Positions 51,117-64,000 of a stretch of 64,000 nt of DNA are shown piece after piece. Origin of the DNA: Amoebidium appalachense (Eukaryota; Protista; Ichthyosporea). Numbering within the stretch: the stretch's first letter is position 1; the number at the start of each line of letters is the position of its first letter. The DNA lies in NCBI GenBank assembly GCA_963693365.1, contig CAVNZM010000002.1, positions 2,372,259 to 2,436,258 on the forward strand, given 5' to 3'. The translations under genes were made by a program, and so were the position numbers. A model generated the notes under the pieces. That model had not been told where the DNA came from and did not search any database. It saw only the letters and a program-made list of their open reading frames with translations.

Positions 51117-51735
51117 CAATGCAAACACGTCACACACACACACATTTGTTTTGGCTCGCGATTTTGTGCCATAATCTTTGTCTTATAATAGATCTTCTTT
51201 AGTCTATTTTTTACATGCAATGCATCACCTAACCCCCCCCCCCCCCCCCCCCTCTTCCCCCCTCCCTCTCCCCGCCCCACTCCTCCTCCTCGCCTTTCCC
51301 CCCTTCCGTCAGTCAAGCAGCAAAACTTTCTACGTCAACCGACGAACGTTAATGAATCTTAACGACAGCAAAGGACAAGCCCTGCACTCTAATAGCCCGA
51401 AACAGAGAGTGTCCCTTGCAAGTTCAGCAGTTTAGATGTCTGCCAGAGAACCACGCATGCAGAAAGGAGGAGAGGTAACATACAGCCTGTGGTGTCTGGG
51501 CGCACGTGTTGTCTTGCAGCTGGCAGCAGCCCCACGCTGGTGTACCGATGAGGGGGGGGGGGGGAGGGGGAGGGGGGGGGGGGGGAGGGGGGAGGGGGGG
51601 GGAGGAGGGGGGGAGGGGGGAGGGGGGGGGGGGGGGGGTTGCAATAAGTGAGATTCAGGGACTGTGAGTCAAGGTAGATATCAATAGTGGTAAGTTGGAA
51701 TTTAAAGTTAACGCCTATACCTAGTCGGAGTGAGG

Positions 51736-51767
<32 letters not shown>

Positions 51768-51955
51768 GTGGTGGTGGTGGTGGTGGTGGTGGGGGGGGGG
51801 GGGGGGGGGGGGGGGAGGGCAGTGTAAACGTTGCATGCAAGAATGAAACAGATGAATAGTCGAAGACGGTTGGTAAGTGATGGATACGGTGATAGAGAAG
51901 AAAATCGTCATTAAACTCTTTCTCTCTTTCTCTCTCCCTCTATCTATCTCCATCA

Positions 51956-52023
<68 letters not shown>

Positions 52024-52889
52024 CCCCCCCCTCTCAATCTCTCTTTCTCTCTCTCTCTCTGAACATAGCCAAAGGTCTATTTGCACACAGTAATGACTTA
52101 CTCTCTTTCTTGAACTGCGCATTCATGTCTGCTATTGCTGTCATAGTCTTGTTGTCACGCCGCATACACGGAGAATACTTGGCACCCTGTTAAAAAAAAA
52201 AAAACCGACAACGTCAGTACAAGCACTATGGTGTGTATGTGTAACGTCATAGTATACAACACTCAATATTGTTGTCCTCACCCTCCCCCCGCCCCTTTCC
52301 CCCCCACCCACACACAAAAAGAAAAAGGAAAAGGAAAAGAAAAGAAAAAGGGAAACAAAGAAAATAGAACAATAGAGCAACTGCCATGCAGAGTTGTCCT
52401 AAAACCCATCTGCAGGCGCCTTGAGAGGATACACAAGTCAATGTTGCACACATTGGGGTGTGCGGCAGGATATGACAGCATAATGTCTTACCATTTCGAT
52501 GAGGGTAAAGCTGTTAGGGCCAATCCACATGTTGTCGGGGGTTGCAAACTGCAGCGGTTGTGGCTCGGACATGCCGAAGACCTGATCAAGAGAGATTAGA
52601 TACATGGTGCTGTGATGTGCTATGATTGCCTACTGAGTGTGAATTGATGCGAGTGAGGATGTGATATACAAGGGACCCATCCTTTCAAGCGAAATGTTAG
52701 TAAGGGGGTGGACAGGGGGGTTTCTTTCTTTTTTTTTTTTTTCTTAAAAAAAAAAAAATAAAAAAATTCTTTGGTTTGTGGGGAGGGGGAGGGGGAGGGG
52801 GGGGAGACTGATATGCTAAACAATGCGCAGGTAAGAGGCGCTTGCCTAGAACCCGTTTTCAAAATGGGGTGGTTTTTTTTTTTTTTTTT

Positions 52890-52921
<32 letters not shown>

Positions 52922-54178
52922 GGGGGGGGAGGTGGGGGAGAGGGGGAGGGGGGGGGGGGGGGGGGGGGGGAGGATAGAATGGGCTGCAGAGCACGCAGTC
53001 CCTATTCACGAAGAACAACCTAATGCAGGATTTGTAAAGAACACACAAAAAACATGCATCATAACCAGAACTAATCCACAAGGAGGAGGTCAAGCCATCC
53101 ACATTGTCCGAGTTTCGACTCATGGCTCGCAACCCAACTTTTTTGGGTGGGTGGGTGGGCGTGGGTAGGTAGGGAGGGTGGGTGGAGGGGGGGGGGGGAG
53201 GGGGGGGGGGGGGGGGTTTGAATGCGTTAAAAAGTACGAAGTACACAAGAACAAACGGATAACACGATGCAGAATGCAAGCCATACATAAAGAGTATGCA
53301 TAATAAGCAGAGCCCATCCTCAGGGGGGGCCCACGTCATCCACAGTACCCGAGTTTCGACCTATTCCCCTCGTTAACGAAACCCAACTCAGATACTGTTT
53401 CACTTGAACATGAGTAGGTCACCCGTCTTGATCAGAGACGAGCAGGGTTGCTTATGCAGGCAAGGGCAGTGGGAAAGGCCGGGGGTTAAAGTTGCAGCAG
53501 TAAGCAGAAGCAAGAAAAATATAGATAGGAACTCAGGAGACGGGGCTTCTAGGAAGCTCCCCCGTCGATACCTAAGTCGATACTTCCCTGGCTAACATAC
53601 TACACCAGCTGAAAAGAATTAAGTCCCGAAGGCCGCAGAATTCGTAATCAGAGGGGAAAATATGAGATTTGACCCACGCCGCAGGGTAGTAACACGCTTA
53701 CTAGGGCGGAACTTTATCGTCTTCGAACGGAAAGCTATGCCCCCGGATGTCAGCCGGAAATATGGTATCACCCATTGCTTTGGGCTTGAAAAAAGCCGGG
53801 GGGGGGGGGGGGGGGGGGGGAGGCTTCCAAGGGTGTTGGTATTGCTTGGATACGTACAGGCACAGTGACTGACACCGTCTGGACGGAGACACCAATGTGC
53901 TCAATTCCACCGTTGATGACGATTTCGGCTATCAGGCAGCCCACCATGATGATCAGACTGAGATAGTTGAACCACGGCTTGAATGTGGGTAGTTGCTCTG
54001 TGTGGATTTGTGTAAGTGGGTCGTAACGTGGTTGGGGGGTTAACGTTGTGTAATCTGTGGAGGGGGAATACGGAAGCCGATTTTTTTATTATTTGTGTGT
54101 GACCACGTTTCTGTGGTGTATGTGTGTGAACATATGTGCGCATGTGTGTGTGTGTGTGCGTGTGTGTGCGTGTGTGTA

Positions 54179-54218
<40 letters not shown>

Positions 54219-54688
54219 GTGTGTGTGTGCGTGTGTGTGTGTGCGCGTGCGCGGATGCACGTGTGCATGGATGTGTGATTGCTTACAAGCATCCAACAAC
54301 TTGTGTCTGTTTTCTTCTGTGAAGAAATGTGTACGTGTGCGCATTGTATATTCGCACACATCAAAGCATTAATGGCGGCGCTGAGAAGGGGTTAGAAAAA
54401 GGATACTGAAGACGAGGGAGGGGAGGGCTAAAGTAGAACCCAGCACGCAATCAGTATACAAACTACATTATTACAACCTACAGTTTATAAAGATTTGGGG
54501 GGTTTGGGATGCTTTAGAGATTACGAAACACACATTCATGACAGAAAACACAATGCAGATCTGCAAAAGCTTATACAAAGTGCTGCTGGGTTGATGGGTG
54601 GGTTGGTGGTGCCAAAAAAAAAACAAAGGGTGGTGGTGGTGGTGGTGGTGGTAATGTGTGTGTGTGTGTGTGTGTGTGTGTGTTGGGG

Positions 54689-54745
<57 letters not shown>

Positions 54746-56164
54746 CTACCGAGTTTTCGTTCCGTGGCAGTATCCATCTTCTTCAGTTTTGCTCCCTGTT
54801 TTCTCCCCGAAAGTCAGATATGACACATGGTCTTATTGTGAAGAATTCGCTAACATCAGGACGGAGTTTTTTATATCTTACTGAACCATAGGGTCGGTAC
54901 TTTCAACACCCACATGCGCACTCCCACCACCGCGGCTCTGCCAGACGGACACCAAACGGTAAACAGAAGAGAAAAATTGAAATCGGACAGAGAGGTATAG
55001 GCGTAGAGACGGTTGCACTGCCTGCCAGTACTAAGGGATGTATTCAACAGAAGACTGGGTTGTTTCCATACATGTGTTCTCAACCCATGGTGAATGCACC
55101 CACCTGCCTGTTTCGTCGGTGTGGGGTGGCTCTTATGGGAGGGGCAAACTTGATCCTTCTCCTCACTGGACCACGCAATGTTAATATATTAGTTCGGGGG
55201 GTACAAATAACACATTAACCTCTTCGGGCCGGCACTAATTGATTTGGCCGGCAGCCGGCCAGCTCTAAACAACTCTATTGTGACTCAAATCATTAGAAAA
55301 AGCTCAAATAAATTGCATATGCCGACAGGTATATGTCTTACCTACATATATTTCTACGTTGGTCTGTGAAAAATACCATTATTTCGTGTACTTTTATATC
55401 TGCTTCTGAAGGGACTTTCGAGATTTTGAGAAAATCTTGGAGCTGTCAATGTCGACTGAGCCGGCCAATCTTATTCTGCCATTTTCACATTGTTCAAATC
55501 AGAAGCTTGCATTGATGTCGACATTGACTGGTCAAGCCGGCAAGCACCCTTCGTAGTTACACCATATTTAAAGTATCGTGTGTTAGAACAAAGTTCAAGT
55601 TTTTCTTGCATAAAACAAAGGATAAATACATATTTTAATATCGTGCAACTTTTCATAGGCCAGTTCTTATCAACTTTATGCTCACATTACAGCACAAACT
55701 TGGTCATGTCGAAAAGTGACACGTCGATCTCGATCTTGGGAAATTTGCCGGTATGAACAGGTTAACAGTATCATCCTTGAACCTGTGTTAGCTAATACAT
55801 CCCAGAAACGCAGGGTGTGGGTTATAAACGAGTTACTCCAAGGCAGGCCGGTCATGCACAAGTGTTAACACAAGAAACACTTTCAAGCAAAGACCCAAAG
55901 ATATGCACACGACATTCTCCCCCGAAGAAGCATCCCCCCCTCCCCCCCCCCCCCCCCCCCTCCCGGTGCCCAGCCCATCCACCAGATCCCATGTTGCCTC
56001 GTCCAACAAACATCACCAAATGAAAGCATTTTGTAATGGCACACTGACAGAGCCGTGGGGTCACTTACTAGATACTCTCTGGCGCAGAATCTTAGTCTCG
56101 TCACCTGTAGACAGCAAACGGATCAGCGTGGAGCTACGACGACAGTTTCTCTTGCGCGTTTCCA

Positions 56165-56201
<37 letters not shown>

Positions 56202-56953
56202 GTCCGTGCCTCCATCCCCTTCTACACCCCTTCCTCGAACACTTCCACAAGAGCCCAACAAATGATAATATTTTATGAGGAATGCACACGTCGTTTTGTC
56301 AACTGTTCCACCAGCAGCCTTGTTGGTACCCCTTTCATGTCTTCCTTACAGCACACAAGTGTATGAACAGGCACAGACAGTCTCTGGAACGGTATTTCTG
56401 CACTCACACGTACACCCGCACATGCACACACGCACACACAAGAGCACACACAACACACACACACACACACACATGTTAACAGGCACAGAAAGTCTCTGGA
56501 ACGGTATTTCTGCAAACACACGCACGCACACAGACAAGAGCACACACAACACACACACACACACACACACACACGCACGCACGCACACACAAGCAGACAC
56601 ACACACAAGCGGACCCACACACAAACCCTTCCCCCTTCCACCCCCCCCCCCCCCCCCCCCCCTGCCACACACACACGTGGGCATCCCCACACTCCTGTCA
56701 CCCCCATCCCAACCCACACACATGCATAAAAATCCTCCCCCCCCCCCCTCCCCCTCCCCCCAAACACACACACACACACAAACGTACACATACACACACC
56801 CATAGGCACGCTCAAACACCACCTCCCCCTCCCCCCCTAGCGCCCACCCCCCCCCTCCCCCCAACACACACACGCGTGCACACACGCGCGCACACACACG
56901 CACACATACACAAGCACACACACACGCACACGCACACGCACACGCACACACAT

Positions 56954-57009
<56 letters not shown>

Positions 57010-59869
57010 GCAGGGCCATGGGGCAGCAGATGCTCCCTCTCAAAGTTCATGCCGTCGTCATCATATCCAAACCAGTCTGCATATGCATAGTGCTTGGGGG
57101 GTCTGATGCCCACCACCCTGCCTGTGCGCTCACCCCTGAACTGTGTCAACCCTGCACTGGTCATGATCGATGCCTCTGTTTCGGGTATAGCCCCCATGGA
57201 TTCACCTGTGCATGTGGAAACATGTAACTAGTTAGCAAATAGAAAGAGCTAACGGAGGAAAGAAGGAAGGAAGGGAGAAATAACTGGAAAACGAGAGCAC
57301 TGTTGACGGGAAAAGAGGAGAGAGAAGGGTGTGGGAAAGGACTTAAGAAAGAAGGAATAAAGTGAACTATGGTAGCGGCAAATTGATGTGGCAAAGAGCA
57401 CATGATTTTACCATAGAAACCATGGTGGCAACAAGAATGTATACACACTCTTGTTACCAAGCAAACACCAACACACACATAAGCACACGCAGCCTTACAG
57501 GAACACAGGCACCAACACACACACGCAGGCACACAGACATAAGCACACTGACCTGCTGTGCTGTCATCTTCCTCATCGCTGGACGAATCGTCTTTCATGC
57601 TGACAATCTCCTTCTACAGGAACAACCATGTATTTCAACAACGTGTATGAATCCAGATCCCAAACGGAGGAAAAAAAAATGAGTTGCTGCTCAACTGCCA
57701 TACTAGAACATAGGTCCGATAGAAAAGATCATTCTAAACCAAAGTTTCATGTACGACCCCTGTAAATCACAAACTGATGGACCGGAATGATTTGGGGTGA
57801 CCACATGTTTATGGGCATATTCGCTCAAATGTTGCGTATATGGTGCATTTTTGGATAGAGCTATTTAGACCCGTGCAGGCAATAATGTCCGTAATCATGC
57901 AAGGATTTGTTAACACCCACCGCCCCAATGGTTCTGATGGCGACATCTCCCATCCCGGGTGGATGGTGGTGTGCCTCAGCTTGCTCGTCTGCTGCATCAA
58001 CAGATAATCATCAGCCAACACTGGATTTGGTACCATATGCCATATAGGTGTTCGTGAGCGTGCAACCTCATGCCATGTCCAAAATGACAATAACCATTGC
58101 CAAGCTAAAGAATGAAAAGAAATTATGGAGTGAGCATTTTTTAAAGGTTGAAAAAAGGTCAAAGAACAAACAAAAACGATAGGAGGGAAGCAACAAGTAG
58201 CAAGAGGGGGCGGCAAAAGAGGGGGGGGGGGGGGGGGGGGGAGAAGAGTGCAAATGGTCTTGAGATCCACTAGTGGTGGCATGGTCATCTCACGGTGCAC
58301 TGGACCAACAAGTCCATCTCTTCAAAGCAATCAACAAACATCCAAACGAGCGCACCCGTGCAAAGGACACCAGCGTGCACTTAACTGAAGCAGATGGCAC
58401 ACATCCATTTAAAGAACACCGACACCTCCAACTAAAGAACAGAGATGGCGCACCGTCTTTAACGATGGATGCCCTGCTCCTGTGTGTGCTCAGTCTCCTC
58501 AGGACACCGCGCTTGTTCTTGTCCTTGCCGGCACCGTCGCCCATCAGCTCTTCATTGTCCGCATCCAAGTCCCCTGCATTGACGTAGCCTTAGCCATGTT
58601 CCACACCAAGTGTTTTCTCCCGTTTTCTTCCTCTTCCGCTTCTCCCCCTCCCCCCCCCCCCTCCCCACTCTCTCGACCACCTTACTCCCCCCCTCCCCCC
58701 CCCATCTCTCTCTCTCTCTCTACCCCCCCCCCCCCCTTACCTCCCTCTTTCCGTTGTCGCGGCTGCCAACCCACTTCGCCACCCACATGCTACACGCAAC
58801 AATTCCCCTTCACTCTCTTTTCCCGTTTTTTTTTCTTTTTCTTTTTCTTTTTCTTTTTTTTTCCCCTACAGTGCAGATTTTGCAGAGAAGAGCACACAGG
58901 AGGAATAGACTGGGTATGGACACCCCCAAAAGTGAACCCCAGCTACATACCTAGTAGCCCGCCATCGCGCCTGCCCTCAGCACTGGACATCAGAGCACCC
59001 CGAGACTTCCATTTGCTCAGATCGCTATCTTCGCTGACTCCAAACCATTCCCCCATGGACCGGCCCAACCGAGAAAGGAGTGGCTGGTCTTGTGCTGGAA
59101 GTGAAAAAATGTTAGGGTTGAATACAGCTGCTGGGAGATAAACGTGCACAGAGGGGGGGGGGGGGGGGGGGGGAGGGGGGGACGGGGGATCATTGCAAAT
59201 GTTGGGGGGGGGGAGGGGGGGGGGGGGGGGGGGTTTCAGTCATTGCAGTACTCGAGTCACCATAAGAATAGAGACTAGGCTTGGTTTCCACGGTTTATCG
59301 AATTCTCCCCCCCAACTATGCCCCCTATGCCCCACCCTTCCCCACCCTCCCCACATACACCCTCCCCCTTCCCATCCCAATCCACACCCGTTCCCTTCAT
59401 TTGTTCTTCACCCTCTTGTACAATAACGATGTTCAAGCCACTATCGAGCACCACTCACCTACAGGATAGAAAAACAACAACTGTTCCTCCAGCGCTTTTA
59501 TATAGTCAAAATAAAGTAACAGTCTTATTTTAAACAACTTTGCTCCACAGTGTGTGCACGTGTGCAGCTATGGACCAACAGACAAAAAGGGGCAAAGGAT
59601 GCCTTACCTGACGTCTCTTCGGCATGAAGAGAATCCATAATCTGCAAGAACGAAATAGGTGTTCAGGCGGCTGGGCAAACAGGTGACAATATAACACTAT
59701 GGTCACAAACAAGGGGAACAGTTTTTGCTCTACCAGAACTATTTTATATGCTTTCTCTCTGGGTGTGTGTGGAGGGAATGTGTTGTAGGTGATGATGCCC
59801 CGGGGAAGGTCGGGGGGAAGAGGGAGGGGGGGTGGGGGGAGGGGGGAGGGGTGGGGTGGGTGGGTGGGT

Positions 59870-59905
<36 letters not shown>

Positions 59906-61025
59906 AACTGCTTACAGAAAGATAGAGTGGCTGACCATATGCAGTAAGCGTGCACACATTTGTACATAATAGCACTTTCCCCCCCTCCCCCCCCTCCCCC
60001 CCCCCAAAAAAAAAAAGAAAAAAAAAAAAAGGAAAAGAAAGAAAAAAGTTGAATATAAAAAAAGACATATGCGCCCCATTTCATTCAGAGCTCCCTGCCC
60101 TCCCTCCCCCCCCTCCCCCCTCCTCCCCTAGGAGCACGGAACAAACCTAGCCACTCATACGCATAAACTTAGAAACACTGCATGTAACATGGAGTAACCA
60201 GCAACACATGAAGACACAAGCAAAGGCACACACTTGGGCAAAAGAGCACACCAAGTACACATACACCCTACTAGTTGTGCTGTGTGGCTATTTGTCCTTT
60301 AGATGGCGATCCATATATGCATATATGCCAGTGACTGCCCAGACTTACCCGAAGAAACGAACTGAAGTCCACACTATTCATGGTGTCGCAGTACATGAAG
60401 TAGAGCTGCTGGAAATACTCCACGGCAATGCTTACCCCAAGCACGTCTTTGGTTGCATAGAAGAGCTGCAAAGGAAATGGGGCGGCAGGGGCGGGGGAAG
60501 GGGGGGGGGGGGGGGGGGGGGGGAGGGAGGGAGGGCGGGGGGAGGGGGGGGGGGGGGAGTTTGAGAAGCTGGTGCCGAAAAGAAGTAGGATCCTGTTTAT
60601 CTTGGTGCTGGGGACACAGGTGTATTGAAATTTGGCTACATTAATCAGTTGGTATGATACTAAGGTTCGAAACTGCACGAAATTTTCTCGATGTGGTAGA
60701 CAAGAGTGTAATCTCGTGCTGGACTTCTGCACTGAACGAACACGGTGTGTGCTTGTGACTCAAAATCCATGATGTATACCACAAAAGAAAAGCACACGTA
60801 GATCTCTGAAGATCTTATCAGGCAGGAGACTTAGAGCCCTTCTACCTCATGGGAAAAACAGCTGCACAAGATGAGAAGGGTAGGCACAGAAGTCAACGGG
60901 GCATGTACCTCAATAGACTTCTCATACGACAGCTTGCCGGTCTTCCCTTTGTCCATGTTCACAAATTCAGACTGGGAATATTGTATTTGCTCGCTAGTGT
61001 AGCGAACTCCTCCTGTGTCTCCCAT
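46847..61025 (-). CDS. iRhom/RHBDF-architecture rhomboid with intact catalytic Ser/His and N-terminal EF-hand-like pair (~780 aa, ~23 exons)
   Basis: Exons 60909-61025, 60349-60465, 59608-59641, 58951-59094, 58454-58573, 57921-57991, 57553-57613, 57008-57205, 56069-56104, ~55108-55165, 54882-54937, 53858-53997, 52492-52581, 52102-52186, 51484-51536, 50820-~50980, 50388-50461, 49608-49777, 49203-49304, 48718-48795, 48193-48286, 47444-47572, 46847-47004. Motifs: [15 protein letters not shown]; TM1 FKPWFNY; [23 protein letters not shown]; GCC...CAQT; RPCCIGIYGQC; NCLNDVC; [16 protein letters not shown]; IEKSCGWLR; VGSSGALYG; [12 protein letters not shown]; [11 protein letters not shown]; [17 protein letters not shown]. 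Two junctions are uncertain. Confidence 0.88.
48403..48575 (-). mobile_element. Diverged copy of the poly(C)-anchored repeat, G-runs both sides on plus strand
   Basis: Shares TTGAATG, AGTACGAAGTACACA and ATAAGCAGAGCCCATCCTCAGG...GGGCCCA with the 40739 copy. Confidence 0.75.
52972..53140 (-). mobile_element. Diverged copy of the poly(C)-anchored repeat, head-to-tail with the 53217 copy
   Basis: Follows a G-run and shares CATCCACA...CCGAGTTTCGAC and AACCCAACT with 53337-53388. It also resembles 47759-47830. Confidence 0.6.
53217..53797 (-). mobile_element. Longest (581-bp) copy of the poly(C)-anchored interspersed repeat (rhomboid intron)
   Basis: The first 366 bp match 40739-41104. Bounded by G-runs ending at 53216 and at 53798-53820. 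Confidence 0.9.
55219..55761. mobile_element. piggyBac-like non-autonomous DNA transposon (MITE)
   Basis: TTAA at 55215-55218 and 55762-55765. Imperfect TIRs CCTCTTCGGGCCGGCA / reverse complement CCTGTTCATACCGGCA. AT-rich interior unlike the surrounding microsatellite introns. Confidence 0.65.
56366..56560. repeat. ~112-bp intronic tandem duplication (AACAGGCACAGA(C/A)AGTCTCTGGAACGGTATTTCTGCA + CA-rich tract)
   Basis: Copies at ~56366 and ~56478. Confidence 0.85.
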
Positions 61026-62585
61026 TTTCCACAGCTGGGCTGGAGACAAACGTCAGATAGTTTTACAAGAAAGGGTTCGGTGCTGGACCCAATCTAGCGT
61101 TTCTAACGGTTATGTCGTGCCAATATACAAGCTAGTATACCATACTTTTTGGCTCAAAATCCTAGCTCTTCTATAAGCAGACTGGCCCACGACAAACTCT
61201 CCGCGGTCATGAAGTACTGTCAACTATACTACGTGAGCTACATGGTTCACAAAACGTTCCCCTCAGGTCGCCTGGTATGAAGATCTGAAAGTGCATTTAC
61301 CACTGCTAAATGGTCTGGGTAGGATTGTGGTCTACCTTTGGAGTTGTCCTCCGTTTGGCGTGACATCCGCTTATTTCTGACAAAAAACAGCAGTCGCTGG
61401 CAGTATTTTAGCAGGTCTTAGGATCCGTTTTGCCAAACGATGTAACAACGATGAAAGGAACAGACGTCTGCAGGTTAGAAACCCTTAGGAAGTCTCCACA
61501 AAGTCGGACTGAAAAGCCAGTGAGCGTGGCCACCTGAAGCAGAAACGGTGTAATTACTTTTCTCTACTAGAAAAGAAACGATTAGACCAGACAACTCTTG
61601 CTTATCACAAAACTTGCATAGCGGTGGACACCTAACATTCGCAGAACTCGCGGTAACACTCGAACATGAAAAGGCCGTAGCTACACAGTGACCGAATGCT
61701 GAGGTGTCATCCGAAACGTCGAATGTATTAGCCAATCGAGAACAATCGTGGTGATAGTTGTATTACCGGAGGAAGCCACAGTTTGAGTGCTGCAGCTGAA
61801 GCCACAGGCATGCCTGTGTGTGAAGCATGTGCAAATAGGCAAGGATCCAAATTTTGATGTAAAAGATTTCAATTTGATAAACCTACATGCTATTATTTTT
61901 AATACAGATACTATGTTGTGTGTTAATATATCGTAAGCTAGGTTTTGAGAAAAACAGTCGGACTTACAGTCAGTAGTTATCTGGACTTGCTGTGGCACAA
62001 TGTCAATCCACAATCATGATTCTAACCCAATCGATCAGACATGTTGAGAAGCACCATCTGACCTCCTACACCTCCCAAATGGCGGGTTTGTCAGGTTGTA
62101 TATTTTTTTTCCGTATTGATTCTACACATTTTTGTTAGAAAAACACTGGTAAAAACGACAGTCATATATAACAATTTTTACAAACAAAATATTTTTATAT
62201 GTCTTTTGAAATAAGATGAGCCATATTTTGTTCGTCTTACTGCTCACTTATTTCTTTTTGGTATTCTATAATTTCATATCAGATCCATTCCTGGGGTATA
62301 CAGAGCTCCGATCCGCAATATGATTGGCTTAGTAAGCACCACGTTCTATATTTAGCTACACCATCTTGGCACTCAGCCTGACACTGAAGGTCGATAAAGA
62401 GTACTGTATGTACTCGGTGTACGGCGTGGGTTTCTGGGTGTCTTCGCATGCGCAGTTGTACAGTACATAAAGGGAAACATACAAACGAAAATCCACCTGA
62501 ACCGACCTTAGGTTAACAGCTTACAGCTCCCCTTTCCGCTGGTGCGCGTTCATAGTTTCTTGTTGCCAATTTATTCCGTTCTCAC

Positions 62586-62748
62586 CAGTGGGCTTGGTAT
62601 CCCTGGAGGCAAACAAGCTGGGGACCGAGAGCGGTACCGGCGCGACCCCGACGCTAGCCAGTGCGCTGCGTGCTGCACGCGCAGCGGACATGGCCCGGGC
62701 CGACAGCAACACACTGATATCTTTAGCGTGCGTGTTGGTTGAGCTGAT
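62586..62748 (-). CDS. Possible internal exon of an unidentified gene extending beyond the window
   Basis: GC-rich open segment (ISSTNTHAKDISVLLSARAMSAARAARSALASVGVAPVPLSVPSLFASRDTKPT) bounded by CCACAG and GTGAGA. No recognisable domain. Confidence 0.3.
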
Positions 62749-62825
62749 TCTGTGGTAGGTGCCCTCTAATTTTCTCCCTTGTGTAACTTGTCTATGTGTG
62801 CGTCTGTGCGTGCGTGCGTGCGTGC

Positions 62826-62906
<81 letters not shown>

Positions 62907-63097
62907 ATGCGTGCGCGCGTAAGTGTGTGCGGGTGTGTTTTCTTATGGTTGTGCATGTGTGTGTACGTGTGCGTGTGTGTACATGGCCTGCTGGCTCTAA
63001 TCCTTTGTCCTTTAGCACCTGCTTGCCTGATTTGTCAATACAAACGCAACCATCTTCTCACACATACGAGCTCCCCCCCCCCCCCCCCCCCCCAATA

Positions 63098-64000
<903 letters not shown>

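Noticed and set aside
53300-53440. Hammerhead ribozyme or SECIS in the repeat (CTGAGGA, CGAAAC, ATGA words)
   Set aside because: I could not build the required stems in any permutation. There is no SECIS GA quartet or apical AA, and the location is intronic.
53404-53868. Short ORFs inside the poly(C)-anchored repeat
   Set aside because: They are interrupted by stops in all frames, with no RT or endonuclease motifs recognised.
54286-54315. Candidate micro-exon (ENRHKLLDA) that would create an in-frame TAG, suggesting stop-codon reassignment
   Set aside because: No in-frame TAG or TAA occurs in the ~60 well-supported exons, and an alternative splice path closes the frame.

Overview
Eukaryotic, intron-dense genomic DNA. 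Introns are packed with (CA)/(GT), (CT)/(GA) and long poly-C/poly-G runs. The gene content (UBXN6, TXNDC15-like, iRhom-like) suggests a holozoan, possibly a unicellular relative of animals; this is inference. Manual splicing gives: UBXN6 (+, 2938-11157, 12 exons); SMC2 (-, 14149-29439, 25 exons, ~1206 aa); a Cys-rich secreted orphan (-, 37007-37687); a TXNDC15-like membrane thioredoxin (-, 40388-44416, 4 exons); and an iRhom-architecture rhomboid (-, 46847-61025, ~23 exons). Mobile DNA includes a 5'-truncated LINE, a miniature LTR element (TRIM), a TTAA-flanked piggyBac-like MITE, and an unrecognised intronic repeat family. Two observations stand out. First, the iRhom-like protein keeps an intact catalytic GxSG/His dyad and has a degenerate N-terminal EF-hand pair. 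Second, about ten copies of the intronic repeat are 5'-variable, 3'-anchored on poly(C), often flanked by C-runs on both sides, and all co-oriented with host-gene transcription. Most ORF-track entries are microsatellite artefacts. All homology calls come from recalled motifs, not database searches.
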